Source: Gemmatimonadota bacterium (GTDB taxonomy: Bacteria > Gemmatimonadota > Gemmatimonadetes > Gemmatimonadales > GWC2-71-9). From it: a DNA stretch of 40,922 nucleotides. The stretch is from contig CP070716.1 of the NCBI GenBank assembly GCA_020350425.1, forward strand, positions 2,209,369-2,250,290. The letters run 5' to 3'. Below, one piece after another: positions 16,864 to 25,813 of the stretch (position 1 is the first letter of the stretch; every line of letters begins with the position of its first letter). The position numbers were made by a program, and so were the translations under genes. The notes beneath the pieces were generated by a model that did no database searches, was not told where the DNA came from, and saw only the letters and a list, made by a program, of their open reading frames with translations.

Positions 16864-17414
16864 TGTGCCGCTCCCTGCAGCAACCGCACGTAGTTGACGA
16901 CGTGCCAACGATCTTCCGGACTGATCTTGCTGCCGTATTCGGGCATCAGGGCGCCGAAGCCGTTGGTGATCGTCCCGTAGATCCAGCCGTCGCTGTTGTC
17001 GACCTGGCGCTGCTCGGTCAGGTTGCGCACCGCGTTCGCCAAGGCGGGAGCCACGGGGCCGTCCCCCCGCCCCTCGGAGCCGTGGCACACCGTGCAGTAG
17101 ATCTCGTAGCGATCGCGGCCACGCTCCATGCTCGAAGCGGTGCGCTGCACCGGATTGGACAGGCGATCGAGCGTCGACCGATTCTGCGGGATCGCGGGCG
17201 GCACGACCTCGATGCCCGTCACCGGCACCGTCCCCTCCACCGGCTGGCGCGGCATCTTGTACGGTTGGATGGCGATGCCCCGGTGCATCACCGCGAACCA
17301 CGGGATCGCCGCGACGAGGTCATCGGGGCTCGGGAAGCGGTGCCACTGCTCCCGCGTGCAGCCGCTGATGAGCAGCGCGACGGCGGCCAAGGCGAGGGCG
17401 AGCTTACGTCTCAA
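16860..17414 (-). CDS. actE: Alternative complex III monoheme cytochrome c lipoprotein ActE, 184 aa
   Basis: GGAGG RBS before the TTG at 17414, lipobox LISGC, PVEGTVP, CTVCHG heme motif, distal Met in LMPEY, and DRWHVVNYVR. Confidence 0.88.
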   Translation of the reverse strand: MRRKLALALAAVALLISGCTREQWHRFPSPDDLVAAIPWFAVMHRGIAIQPYKMPRQPVEGTVPVTGIEVVPPAIPQNRSTLDRLSNPVQRTASSMERGRDRYEIYCTVCHGSEGRGDGPVAPALANAVRNLTEQRQVDNSDGWIYGTITNGFGALMPEYGSKISPEDRWHVVNYVRLLQGAAQ

Positions 17415-17913
17415 CGCGCACCTCCACCGCACCGGAGTGTCGCAGCAGCTCCTCCACCGCAGGGCGCCGTTCGACCGGGCAGGCGACGAAGATCCCGATC
17501 TGGTCGTCGGTGAAGCGCCCGTCGTAGGCGCCCGCCTGCCGCGTACGCCAGGAATGGAACAGGAGCCCCAGGATCGTCGCGCCCGCGCCGAACAGAATCG
17601 TCAGCTCGAAGGCGATCACCACGTAGGGGATCACCGAGCCCACGGGCTTGCCGCCCACCACCAGCGGCCAGTCGTACGACATCCACAGGGTCAGCGCGAA
17701 GCCGCTGGCGCACCCGAGGAGGCCACCGAGCAGCGTCCACAACCGCACCGGGCTCACCTTGTGGCCCACCGCCTGCGCGATCTCCACGTTGGGCACCGGC
17801 GTGTAGACGGTGACGTCCCGGTACCCCTTGGCCTTCAGCGCCTTGATCGCCGCTGCGGCTGCGTCCACGTGCTGGTACGCCGCGAGAATCCCGCCCGGAT
17901 GCGTCTTGTTCAT
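17404..17913 (-). CDS. actD: Alternative complex III subunit ActD (DUF3341), 169 aa
   Basis: VYTPVP, two TM helices, WPLVVGGKP, IAFELTILFG, and position between actC and actE. Confidence 0.9.
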   Translation of the reverse strand: MNKTHPGGILAAYQHVDAAAAAIKALKAKGYRDVTVYTPVPNVEIAQAVGHKVSPVRLWTLLGGLLGCASGFALTLWMSYDWPLVVGGKPVGSVIPYVVIAFELTILFGAGATILGLLFHSWRTRQAGAYDGRFTDDQIGIFVACPVERRPAVEELLRHSGAVEVRVET

Positions 17914-19265
17914 GTCCCGGGCCTCGCTTTCCGCGGCATGGGGATGATCTCCTTCACCTCGGTGATCGAGACCATCGGGAAGTTCTTCGCGAACAGCAGG
18001 AACCACAGGAAGAACCACGCGAAGCTGCCCGCCAGGATCGACCACTCGACCCACGTCGGGGTGTAGTGCCCCATCGCGTACGGCTCGTACTCGAAGGAGA
18101 GCGACACCACGATGATCACGAACCGCTCGAACCACATCCCCAGGTTCACGAAGAGGGACAGCACGAACAGCGCCGGGATGCTGCGGCGCACCTTTCGGAA
18201 GAACAGCAGCAGCGGCAGGAACCCGTTGCAGATGATCATCGTCCAGGTGGCCCACCAATACTCGCCGAACGCCCGGTTGTAGAAGGACGCCTGCTCGAAC
18301 GGGTTCCCCGAGTACCAGGCGATGAAGTACTCGACGGCGTACGCGTACCCCACGATGAGCCCGGTGAGGAGCAACAGCTTCGACAGGTTCTCGAAGTGGT
18401 CCACCGTGATGTATCGCTCCACCTTGAACACCTTGCGGAGCGGCACCAACAGGGTCACCACCATCGCCACGCCGGAGTAGATGGCGCCGGCCACGAAGTA
18501 CGGAGCGAAGATCGTGGCGTGCCAGCCCGGCACGATCGACATGGCGAAATCCCACGACACGACGCTGTGCACGGAGAGCACCAGCGGGGTCGCGAGGGCC
18601 GCCAGGTAGAGGTACGCCCGGATGTAGTGGCGCCATTGCTGGTCGGTGCCGCGCCACCCCAGCGACGTGACCTCGTACAGCTTCCGCCGCCAGCCCGTCG
18701 CCTTCTCCCGGACGGCGGCAACGTCGGGGACCAGGCCGACGATGAGGAACAGCGTGCTCACCGTCAGGTACGTGGACACGGCAAACACGTCCCACAGCAG
18801 CGGCGACTTGAAGTTCACCCACAGCTGGCGCTGGTTGGGATACGGGAACAGCCAGTAGGCGTACCAGATCCGACCGACGTGGATCAGCGGGAACAGGCCC
18901 GCCGTGAGGACGGCGAACACCGTCATGACCTCGGCGGTGCGGTACACCGACGTGCGCCAGGCCGACCGGAACAGGTAGAGTATCGCCGAGATGAGGGTCC
19001 CGGAGTGCGCGATGCCGACCCAGAAGACGAAGGTCGTGATGTACACGCCCCAGAGCACGGGCGGCGTGTACCCGGCGACCCCGAGCCCCCAACGGATCTG
19101 CCACAGCAGCGCGAACGCGCCCAGCGCCAGCACCACGAGGACCACCGCGAGCAGCACGAAGTACGTGCGCGACGGCCGTCCGAGCGTCGCGACGACGTCG
19201 CGCGTGATCTCGTGGTAGGTCGGCTGCTGCGGCGCCGTCCGTTGGGGTTCCGCGATGGTGGCCAT
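17910..19265 (-). CDS. actC: Alternative complex III quinol-binding subunit ActC (NrfD/PsrC family)
   Basis: WGVYITTFVFWVGIAHSGTLISAIL, FPLIHVGRIW, NFKSPLLWDVFAVSTY, PLVLSVHSVVSWDFA, PGWHATIFAPYFVAGAI and GMWFERFVII. Confidence 0.95.
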   Translation of the reverse strand: MATIAEPQRTAPQQPTYHEITRDVVATLGRPSRTYFVLLAVVLVVLALGAFALLWQIRWGLGVAGYTPPVLWGVYITTFVFWVGIAHSGTLISAILYLFRSAWRTSVYRTAEVMTVFAVLTAGLFPLIHVGRIWYAYWLFPYPNQRQLWVNFKSPLLWDVFAVSTYLTVSTLFLIVGLVPDVAAVREKATGWRRKLYEVTSLGWRGTDQQWRHYIRAYLYLAALATPLVLSVHSVVSWDFAMSIVPGWHATIFAPYFVAGAIYSGVAMVVTLLVPLRKVFKVERYITVDHFENLSKLLLLTGLIVGYAYAVEYFIAWYSGNPFEQASFYNRAFGEYWWATWTMIICNGFLPLLLFFRKVRRSIPALFVLSLFVNLGMWFERFVIIVVSLSFEYEPYAMGHYTPTWVEWSILAGSFAWFFLWFLLFAKNFPMVSITEVKEIIPMPRKARPGT

Positions 19266-19270
19266 TCGCG

Positions 19271-22200
19271 TTACGCCTCGTCCACCGTCAGGTTGCGCAC
19301 CTTGCGCAGGTAGGTCACGCCTGGCCGGGTGTTGAGGTCGCCCAGCACACTGTAGCCCCGCTCATCGCGCGAGAGCTGGTGCACGCGCGAGCTGGGGTCG
19401 TTCAGATCACCGAACACGATCGCATCGGAGGGGCAGGTCTGCTGACACGCGGTGAGGATCTCCCCGTCCTCCAGCTCCCGTCCCGCGAGCTTCGCATCGT
19501 GCTGCTTGCCGCGAATGCGCTGCACGCAGAACGTGCACTTTTCCATGACGCCCTTGGACCGCACGGTCACGTCGGGATTGAGCAACCAGTGCAGCGGGTC
19601 GGGGAAACTGAAGGCCGGATCCGCCGGGTTCTGGTGATCGAACCAGTTGAAGTATCGAACCTTGTAGGGGCAGTTGTTGGAGCAGTAGCGCGTGCCGACG
19701 CAGCGATTGTAGACCTGCCCGTTGAGCCCGTCGGGCGTGGAGTACGCCGCGAACACGGGACACACCGGCTCGCACGGCGCGTGACCGCACTGCTGGCACA
19801 TCATCGGCAGGACGCGCGCCTCCAGCGGCTCGCCATCTTCCCCACCCTCGAAGTACCGCTCGATGCGGATCCACGCCATCTCGCGGCCGCGCCGGACCAG
19901 ATCCGGCCCCACGGTCGGGATGTTGTTCTCCGAGTGGCACGCCGTGACGCAGGCGCTGCAGCCCGTGCACTTGGAGAGGTCCACGGCCAGGGCCCAGCGC
20001 GGCAGGTCGCCGGCGTAGTCGCCGTACCTGGTGTCGGCGTCCTGCGCCTCCTGCACCTCGTCCAACAGCTGCTCGACGTGCTCCGGCACCGGCGCCGCGT
20101 GGCCGCCGTGCTCCTCGCCGTGCTCGCCGTGCTGCAACGCCGCCAGCGTCACGGCCTGCGCGATGCCCCGGCCCATCTGCCGCGACTTCCCCTCGGTCTT
20201 GGCGAGGTACTCGTGCCGGCCCGTGTGGCGTAGCGTGGACGCGGCGTAGTGCGAGAAGCCCCCGAAGTCCGTGACGTCGGTCGACAGCAGCGCGTAGACG
20301 TTCGCGCCCCGTCCTTCGGCGTAGCGCCCGAACGCCGTGTGGCCCTGTCCCAGCGGCATGGCGATCACGTCGCGGCGCAGGCCCGGATAGAGATAGGCCG
20401 GCGCCTCGACGGTGCCCGCGGACGTCGTGACCTCCAGGATGTCGCCCTCGCGAATGCCCCGCGCCGCCGCCGTCTCCGGGTGAATCTCGACCCAGGTGCT
20501 CCACGTCATCTTGGTCACCGGGTCGGGCAGCTCCTGCAGCCACGGGCGGTTGGCCCCGCGCCCGTCGTACAGCGCCGACGAGGGATACGCGATCAGCGTA
20601 AGGGCATCCAGGGGCGCCGATCGGGTGGCGGGCTCCTGCAGGTCCGTCACCGTTCGAGCGAGCCGCACCGCACGCGCCGGCGCGTCGCGCCACACGCCGC
20701 CGCGCTGCAACGCCTCGGTCCAGAAGGCGTCGAAGGGCCGGAAGTCCCCCAGCTGCCGCTGCAGACGCTGCCAGCCCTGCTGCAGGTAGTCCTTGTAGGT
20801 CTCGGCCGTGAAGCGCGCGGCGATCGTGCCGCCCGCCTGCCGCGCCACGGCGAGCAGCACATCGCCGCTCTGGCGCGTGTCGAACACCGGCTGCATGACC
20901 GGCTGCTGCAGGGCGTACGCTCCGGCCCGCGGCTCGAAGTCGTTCCACTGCTCGAGCGGGTCGTGATCGGGCAGCACGAGGTCCGCGTGCATCGCGGTCT
21001 CGTCCCAGAAGCGCGAGAAGCTCACGCTGAACCCCACGCGCTCCATCGCGCCGGCGAAGTCGGTCCCCGCGGGGGCGGCATGCGCCGGGTTGACGCCATG
21101 GACGAACAGCACCCCGACGCCGCCGTTGCGCATCGCGCGCACCAGCGAGCCCAGTTCGGCGTAGCTCGACGGACCCGCCGGATTGAGATCGGCGCCGTAC
21201 AGCACCGTCCGACCGATGTTCCCCGCCACATAGTTCAGCACGTTGACCGCAGCGGCCGTCACGTGGGCCTGCTCGTGCTGTGCGCCCACCCCACCGGCCG
21301 CCGCCACGCTCGGCTCGGCGACGAACTCCCGCGCCAGCCGCTCGATGGTTGCCGCCGCGATCCCCGTGCGCTCCGCCACGTCGGCCGGGGCGTGCGCGTC
21401 GAGCAGCTGCTCCACCCGGAAGGTGTCGGGCTGGCGCGGCACGAGACGCTCGGTCACGATCACGTGGGCCATGCCCAGCGCCAGCAGCGCCTCCGACCCG
21501 GGACGCGGCGCAATCCACTCGTCGGCACTCATCCCGGTCATGCTCATGCGGGGCTCGACGTGGACGTAGCGTCCCATCGAGCCGTCCCGATAGCCGTGCC
21601 CCTCGGCGAACCCCCGGGCGTGCTCGACGGGACTCAGCCACGTCTCCAGGAAGTCGGCGCCGAACGAGATCACATAGCGCGCGGCGCCGAAGTCGTAGCG
21701 CGGCAGCTGATCCACGCCGAAGACCTGCCGGCTCGCGTGTCGCAGGGCCTCGTAGCCGAACGGCTCGTACACCACCGGGTCGGCGGCACCAAGCGCTCGG
21801 AGCCACTCCGTCACCAGCCGGTCGAACGTCCCGGCCTCGTTGCCGGTGACGAAGCGGATCAGATCCCCCGTCGCCCCCTGCAGCCGTTCGGTGATGCGCG
21901 CGATGGCGTCGTCCCAGCTGATCGGCTCGAACTCCCCACTCGCGCCCTTCGCCATCGGGCCGCGGATCCGGTCGGGATTGTAGAGTCCCTGCAGTGAGGC
22001 CAGGCCGCGCGCGCACAACCGTCCCCGGTTGACGGGGCTCTCGGGGTTGCCCTCGACCTTGACCACGCGCCCCTCGCGAACGCGGGCGTGCACGCCGCAT
22101 CCCGCCGGGCACTCACGACAGGTGCTCGCATACCAGGTGGCGATCCCGGGGATCTGGTTGTCGGGGGGGACCAGGTAGGGGATGAGCTTGTCGGTCGCGT

Positions 22201-22294
22201 CGCCGGAGCATCCGGACAGCGCGGCGGCGCCGCCCCCGGCCGCGCCGAGGACCTTCAGGAACCGCCTGCGATTCATCCCGTCGCCGTTTGCCAT
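19271..22294 (-). CDS. actB: Alternative complex III subunit ActB (molybdopterin-oxidoreductase-like domain fused to a 4-cluster ferredoxin), Tat lipoprotein
   Basis: Tat/lipo signal MNRRRFLK...LSGC and NRPWLQELPDPVTKMTW. Fe-S motifs CTGCSACVTAC, CQQCGHAPCEPVCP, CVGTRYCSNNCP (3Fe-4S type) and KCTFC...ACQQTCP. Confidence 0.93.
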   Translation of the reverse strand: MANGDGMNRRRFLKVLGAAGGGAAALSGCSGDATDKLIPYLVPPDNQIPGIATWYASTCRECPAGCGVHARVREGRVVKVEGNPESPVNRGRLCARGLASLQGLYNPDRIRGPMAKGASGEFEPISWDDAIARITERLQGATGDLIRFVTGNEAGTFDRLVTEWLRALGAADPVVYEPFGYEALRHASRQVFGVDQLPRYDFGAARYVISFGADFLETWLSPVEHARGFAEGHGYRDGSMGRYVHVEPRMSMTGMSADEWIAPRPGSEALLALGMAHVIVTERLVPRQPDTFRVEQLLDAHAPADVAERTGIAAATIERLAREFVAEPSVAAAGGVGAQHEQAHVTAAAVNVLNYVAGNIGRTVLYGADLNPAGPSSYAELGSLVRAMRNGGVGVLFVHGVNPAHAAPAGTDFAGAMERVGFSVSFSRFWDETAMHADLVLPDHDPLEQWNDFEPRAGAYALQQPVMQPVFDTRQSGDVLLAVARQAGGTIAARFTAETYKDYLQQGWQRLQRQLGDFRPFDAFWTEALQRGGVWRDAPARAVRLARTVTDLQEPATRSAPLDALTLIAYPSSALYDGRGANRPWLQELPDPVTKMTWSTWVEIHPETAAARGIREGDILEVTTSAGTVEAPAYLYPGLRRDVIAMPLGQGHTAFGRYAEGRGANVYALLSTDVTDFGGFSHYAASTLRHTGRHEYLAKTEGKSRQMGRGIAQAVTLAALQHGEHGEEHGGHAAPVPEHVEQLLDEVQEAQDADTRYGDYAGDLPRWALAVDLSKCTGCSACVTACHSENNIPTVGPDLVRRGREMAWIRIERYFEGGEDGEPLEARVLPMMCQQCGHAPCEPVCPVFAAYSTPDGLNGQVYNRCVGTRYCSNNCPYKVRYFNWFDHQNPADPAFSFPDPLHWLLNPDVTVRSKGVMEKCTFCVQRIRGKQHDAKLAGRELEDGEILTACQQTCPSDAIVFGDLNDPSSRVHQLSRDERGYSVLGDLNTRPGVTYLRKVRNLTVDEA

Positions 22295-22327
22295 CCGTCC
22301 TCTACCCGTGAGCGCCCGTTCGCCCGC

Positions 22328-22900
22328 CTAGTAGTGGCAGACGGTGCAATCGGTACTTGCCTCTTCCTGCTCGTGGCAGGTGATGCACCATCCCATCTTG
22401 AGCGATGCGTACTGGTAGACCTGGGGCATCTCCTGGATGGGACCGTGGCAGTCCTGGCACTCGAGCTCCTTGTCGGAGTTGACATGCCGGTGATGCGGGA
22501 AGCGCACGAAGGGCGCGAGCCGGTGCACCTCGACCCATTCGATCGGTCGGCGCTCGTTCCAGTAGTCCCGGAGCTTCTGTACCTCGGGATTGGCCGCGCC
22601 GGCGATGATGTGACACCCCATGCAGGTGGAGACGGTGGGGAGGCCGGCGCTCGGGCTCACCTCGGCGGCGAAGTGACAGTAGCGGCAATCCATCTCGAAC
22701 TCGCCGGCGTGCACGTCGTGGCGGTAGAAGATGGGCTGCACGGGACCCGGGAGGCCGGTAGTGTCGACGTCGACGGGTGCCTTGAAGCCGCTCATCTGCG
22801 AGGCGGCGCCCTGTGCGGAGCCACGGCTGGTGACGAGGGACAGGATGGCCACGGCAACCAGGCCGAGTGTGGCAGCCAGCAGCGAGGCGCGTTTCTTCAT
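22328..22900 (-). CDS. actA: Alternative complex III pentaheme cytochrome c ActA, 190 aa
   Basis: GGAG RBS before the ATG at 22900, N-terminal hydrophobic segment, five CxxCH motifs (CRYCH, CMGCH, CQDCH, CITCH, CTVCH), QPIFYRHDVH and LKMGWC. Confidence 0.92.
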   Translation of the reverse strand: MKKRASLLAATLGLVAVAILSLVTSRGSAQGAASQMSGFKAPVDVDTTGLPGPVQPIFYRHDVHAGEFEMDCRYCHFAAEVSPSAGLPTVSTCMGCHIIAGAANPEVQKLRDYWNERRPIEWVEVHRLAPFVRFPHHRHVNSDKELECQDCHGPIQEMPQVYQYASLKMGWCITCHEQEEASTDCTVCHY

Positions 22901-23022
22901 GGCGCTCCATGTCGAGCCCCGGCCGTGAGCGCGGGGCGCCGTGCCGTTGTCATACCAGAAACCGCAAACTGAAAGCGGCCGCAGAGGGGCAATACACGAG
23001 AATCCGGTCGCGGCCGCCGTGT

Positions 23023-23054
23023 AAGATAGTCGCCGGCCCCGGTTGCACAACCGG
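23023..23054 (-). promoter_or_regulatory. Candidate act operon promoter with a palindromic operator over the -35
   Basis: Minus strand TTGTGC-N16-TATCTT (-35 at 23050-23045, -10 at 23028-23023). The -35 lies inside the inverted repeat CCGGTTG-CA-CAACCGG (23039-23054). Confidence 0.4.
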
Positions 23055-23083
23055 CCGTCCCGCGGCCTGCGGCACCCTTCCCG

Positions 23084-23872
23084 CTACCCGGTTCGCCCCC
23101 GCCAGCGCTCCAGATTGCCCCCCTCGATGTCGTCGCGCACCGCAGCCGGCAGGTCGGACAGATCGAGCTTCGCCACGACGGCGTCGGGAATGCGCAGTGG
23201 CATCCCGGTGCCGAACGCGAACCGCTCGTGCCCCACGGTGCCGAGCAGGATCCCGAGGTGGTCCTCGGGCGGACCCCAGAGCCACGAGATGTCCCACAGC
23301 ACCCTTCCGGCCTCGTCCGGCGTGAGGCCAAAGTGGACCTCCTCGATGAACGCGCGATCGGCATGCACCACCAGCAGACGCACGTCCCGGTCGTTGCGAA
23401 TCAGGGTGCGGACCGCGGCGGCGGGAAACTCGGGCGCCAGATCGGCCGGGTGCCGTTGGCGGGCATCCTCGATCCGCACCGTCAGCACCGCCGGCAGTCC
23501 GGCCACGCCCAGCGCCGTCGTCGCGACTCGCATCTCGGCGCCCGCGGGGTCCAATCCCTGGTATTGAGGAAATAGCCTCACAGCAGGCGCCCCCATGGCA
23601 ATCGCCGCGTTGAGGTCGTCCTCGAAGCGTGGTCGCCCCGGATGGAGGGTCGGTGTAGGCAGGAGCCGGTCGTGGTGGGGGGCCACGATCTCCTCCAGGG
23701 CGGCGTTGCCGAGCGCCGGGTCCTTGTGGAGGATCGAGGGGAGGTATCCCACCCACGCCCGCGCGATGCCGAGCCGATCCATTTGCAGCAGGAGCCAATC
23801 GGCGGTGGCGGCCTGTTGCACGTACCGGTACGGGTACGGTCCGACGAACGCCGCGATGTCAGTCGCCGCCAT
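23084..23872 (-). CDS. Amidohydrolase_2-family TIM-barrel protein lacking the canonical metal ligands, 262 aa
   Basis: Family pattern (MDRLGIARA, N...EEIV, VRLFPQYQG, GHERFAFGTG) is present, but the N-terminus reads DIAAF instead of DxHxH and the terminal Asp is replaced (GTG). Confidence 0.7.
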   Translation of the reverse strand: MAATDIAAFVGPYPYRYVQQAATADWLLLQMDRLGIARAWVGYLPSILHKDPALGNAALEEIVAPHHDRLLPTPTLHPGRPRFEDDLNAAIAMGAPAVRLFPQYQGLDPAGAEMRVATTALGVAGLPAVLTVRIEDARQRHPADLAPEFPAAAVRTLIRNDRDVRLLVVHADRAFIEEVHFGLTPDEAGRVLWDISWLWGPPEDHLGILLGTVGHERFAFGTGMPLRIPDAVVAKLDLSDLPAAVRDDIEGGNLERWRGRTG

Positions 23873-24665
23873 CGAACACCCCCGCAGGGAAGATCGCGCG
23901 GGCGTTGCCGCCACGGATCAGGTTCAGGTCGTCTTCGTGCAGCCCCAGGGACTCGAGGTACCGCAGTTTGCCCCATCCGGTGCCCATGGTGACGTCGGTC
24001 CCCCACACCAGCTGCGCTGGTCCGACCGTCTCCAGCGCCTGATGCACCATGTCGGTGTCGACCCCGGAGCCCGAGAGGTCGATCCAGATGTTGCCACGAC
24101 CCTGCACCACCCGCAGTGTGTGACTCCAGTCGCCGCCCCCACCGAGGTGCGCCAGAATGAACTGGGTGCCGGGGTGGCGATCCGCCAGCTCGGCGAGCTC
24201 CACGGCGTCCGACGCCTCCTGGCCCGGCCAATCCCGACGCCGGTGCTGCCACACGTGCTGGAGCACGGGCACGCCCCACTCCATGGCGGCCTCGGCGAGG
24301 GGATCGAGCAGCGGGTCGTTGGCGCGGCGACTCGCCGCCAGCTTGATGCCGACCATGCCGGCCTCGAGACGGCACGTCACTTCGTCGAGCGCGTGCTCGG
24401 CGTAGTTGGGGTTCACGACGCAGTATCCGAACACCCTGCCGGGGTGCGCGCGCTGCAACTCCAACATGGCTTCGTTGGCATGCGTCACGTCGCCGGGGGA
24501 CGGGAAGTAGGTGGGCGAGCGGTGCCCCCAACTCCCCAGGATGGACGCCACGTGCGCGGTGATTCCCATGCGCTCCCCCGCCGCCAGCCGCCTCGCGTTC
24601 ACGTCACGCCAGTCCCCGCGTCCCGAGCGCTCCGTGAAGAAGTGGGCGTGCACGTCGATCAACAC
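23859..24665 (-). CDS. Metal-dependent amidohydrolase (Amidohydro_2 family)
   Basis: IDVHAH, GIKL, VLQH, LAHLGGG and LVWGTD, i.e. a complete ligand set. Confidence 0.88.
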   Translation of the reverse strand: MLIDVHAHFFTERSGRGDWRDVNARRLAAGERMGITAHVASILGSWGHRSPTYFPSPGDVTHANEAMLELQRAHPGRVFGYCVVNPNYAEHALDEVTCRLEAGMVGIKLAASRRANDPLLDPLAEAAMEWGVPVLQHVWQHRRRDWPGQEASDAVELAELADRHPGTQFILAHLGGGGDWSHTLRVVQGRGNIWIDLSGSGVDTDMVHQALETVGPAQLVWGTDVTMGTGWGKLRYLESLGLHEDDLNLIRGGNARAIFPAGVFDGGD

Positions 24666-25813
24666 GTGCGGGCCACCTCCACCATGACGTCGCCCAGCCG
24701 CTCCGTCACCATCTCGATCTCCTCGTCGCCGTGCGCCAGCGACACGAAGTTGTAGGCGTTTCGCTTGAACAGCAGACCGCGCCGCGCCGCCTCACGCGCG
24801 ACCCGGCACGACAGCGCTTCGGTCGCGAAGTCCAGGTAGCACATCTGCGGCAGGCCGCGCACGCCACCAACAAGCTCGGGGTGCGCATCGGCCAACTGCT
24901 CGAGCACGCGATAGAACCGGATCCCGACGCGCTCCAGGTGCTCGAGCACGGGCTCGCGCGCATACGTCTCGAGCACGGCGCGGGCGGCCGCCAGGCTCAC
25001 GTACTCGGTCGCGAGCGTCGAAGAGATCCACGTGCGGGTCGCCGCCTCCATCACCTCGCGCGCGCCGCACACGGCGGCAATGGGCAGGCCGTTGCCGAGC
25101 GCCTTGCCGACCACGGTGAGATCCGGGACCACACCGCTGCGCTCCGCCATCCCGCCGGCGGCCACGCGGAACGCCGTCTTGATCTCGTCGAACACGAGCA
25201 GCGCACCGTGCCGCCTCGCTTCGCGGCTCGCGGTCGCGAGCCACTCCTCGCTGGGGGGGGCGCTCACCACCGGTTCGAGCACCACGGCCGCCACCGGCTG
25301 GAACGCCTCGAGCGTGGCGGTCAGCGCCGCCGGGTCGTCGAAGGCCACCTCGCGCCGCAGTCCGCGGACCGCCTTCGGCACACCCGCCTCCTCCGCACAC
25401 CAGTCGAGCCATCCGTGATACCCGCAGGTGAGCACACGCTCGCGGCCCGTCACGACCCGCGCCAGACGCACGGCTGCCGCCACGGCCTCGGCACCGGTCT
25501 TCAGGAATCGCACCGCCTCGGCGCCGCGGATCACGGCGCAGAGGCGCTCGGCGACCTCGGCTTCGAGCGCCGGCGCCAGCGAGCCCACCACACCGTCGCG
25601 CGCCGCTCGCTCCACCGCCTCGACCACCGCCGGGTGTCCGTATCCCAGCGCCACCGCCCCCAGGGCCATCGCCGTGTCGAGGTACTCCGCCCCCCGGTCG
25701 TCCCACAGGCGACACCCGGCCGCCCGAACCATCCGCCCGGGGACATCGGCAGACACACCGAACAGGGCGTCGGGGCGCTTGCTGCCCGTCGAGGTGAAGC
25801 CCGGGACCGTCAT
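24659..25813 (-). CDS. Class III PLP aminotransferase (glutamate-1-semialdehyde aminomutase-like, probably not HemL), 384 aa
   Basis: GCRLWDDRGAEYLD, FLKTGAEA, GYHGW, LLVFDEIKTAFR, PDLTVVGKALGNGLP and ISST. ATG at 25813 overlaps the trmJ stop. Confidence 0.82.
   Translation of the reverse strand: MTVPGFTSTGSKRPDALFGVSADVPGRMVRAAGCRLWDDRGAEYLDTAMALGAVALGYGHPAVVEAVERAARDGVVGSLAPALEAEVAERLCAVIRGAEAVRFLKTGAEAVAAAVRLARVVTGRERVLTCGYHGWLDWCAEEAGVPKAVRGLRREVAFDDPAALTATLEAFQPVAAVVLEPVVSAPPSEEWLATASREARRHGALLVFDEIKTAFRVAAGGMAERSGVVPDLTVVGKALGNGLPIAAVCGAREVMEAATRTWISSTLATEYVSLAAARAVLETYAREPVLEHLERVGIRFYRVLEQLADAHPELVGGVRGLPQMCYLDFATEALSCRVAREAARRGLLFKRNAYNFVSLAHGDEEIEMVTERLGDVMVEVARTC

Noticed and set aside
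19407-22112. 901-aa alternative-frame ORF inside actB (likewise 26619..28568 antisense to the lyase)
   Set aside because: Arg/Gly/Ala-rich off-frame or antisense reading caused by stop-codon scarcity at high GC.
19271-22294. Annotation as a catalytic formate, nitrate or polysulfide reductase
   Set aside because: Fusion to the ferredoxin domain, the WLQELPDP motif and the actA-C-D-E-F context identify ActB. I could not identify a Mo-ligand motif.
24659-25813. Annotation as hemL
   Set aside because: It lacks the HemL N-terminal PGGVNSPVR and GTxSGNP signatures, is shorter, and has no tetrapyrrole gene context.
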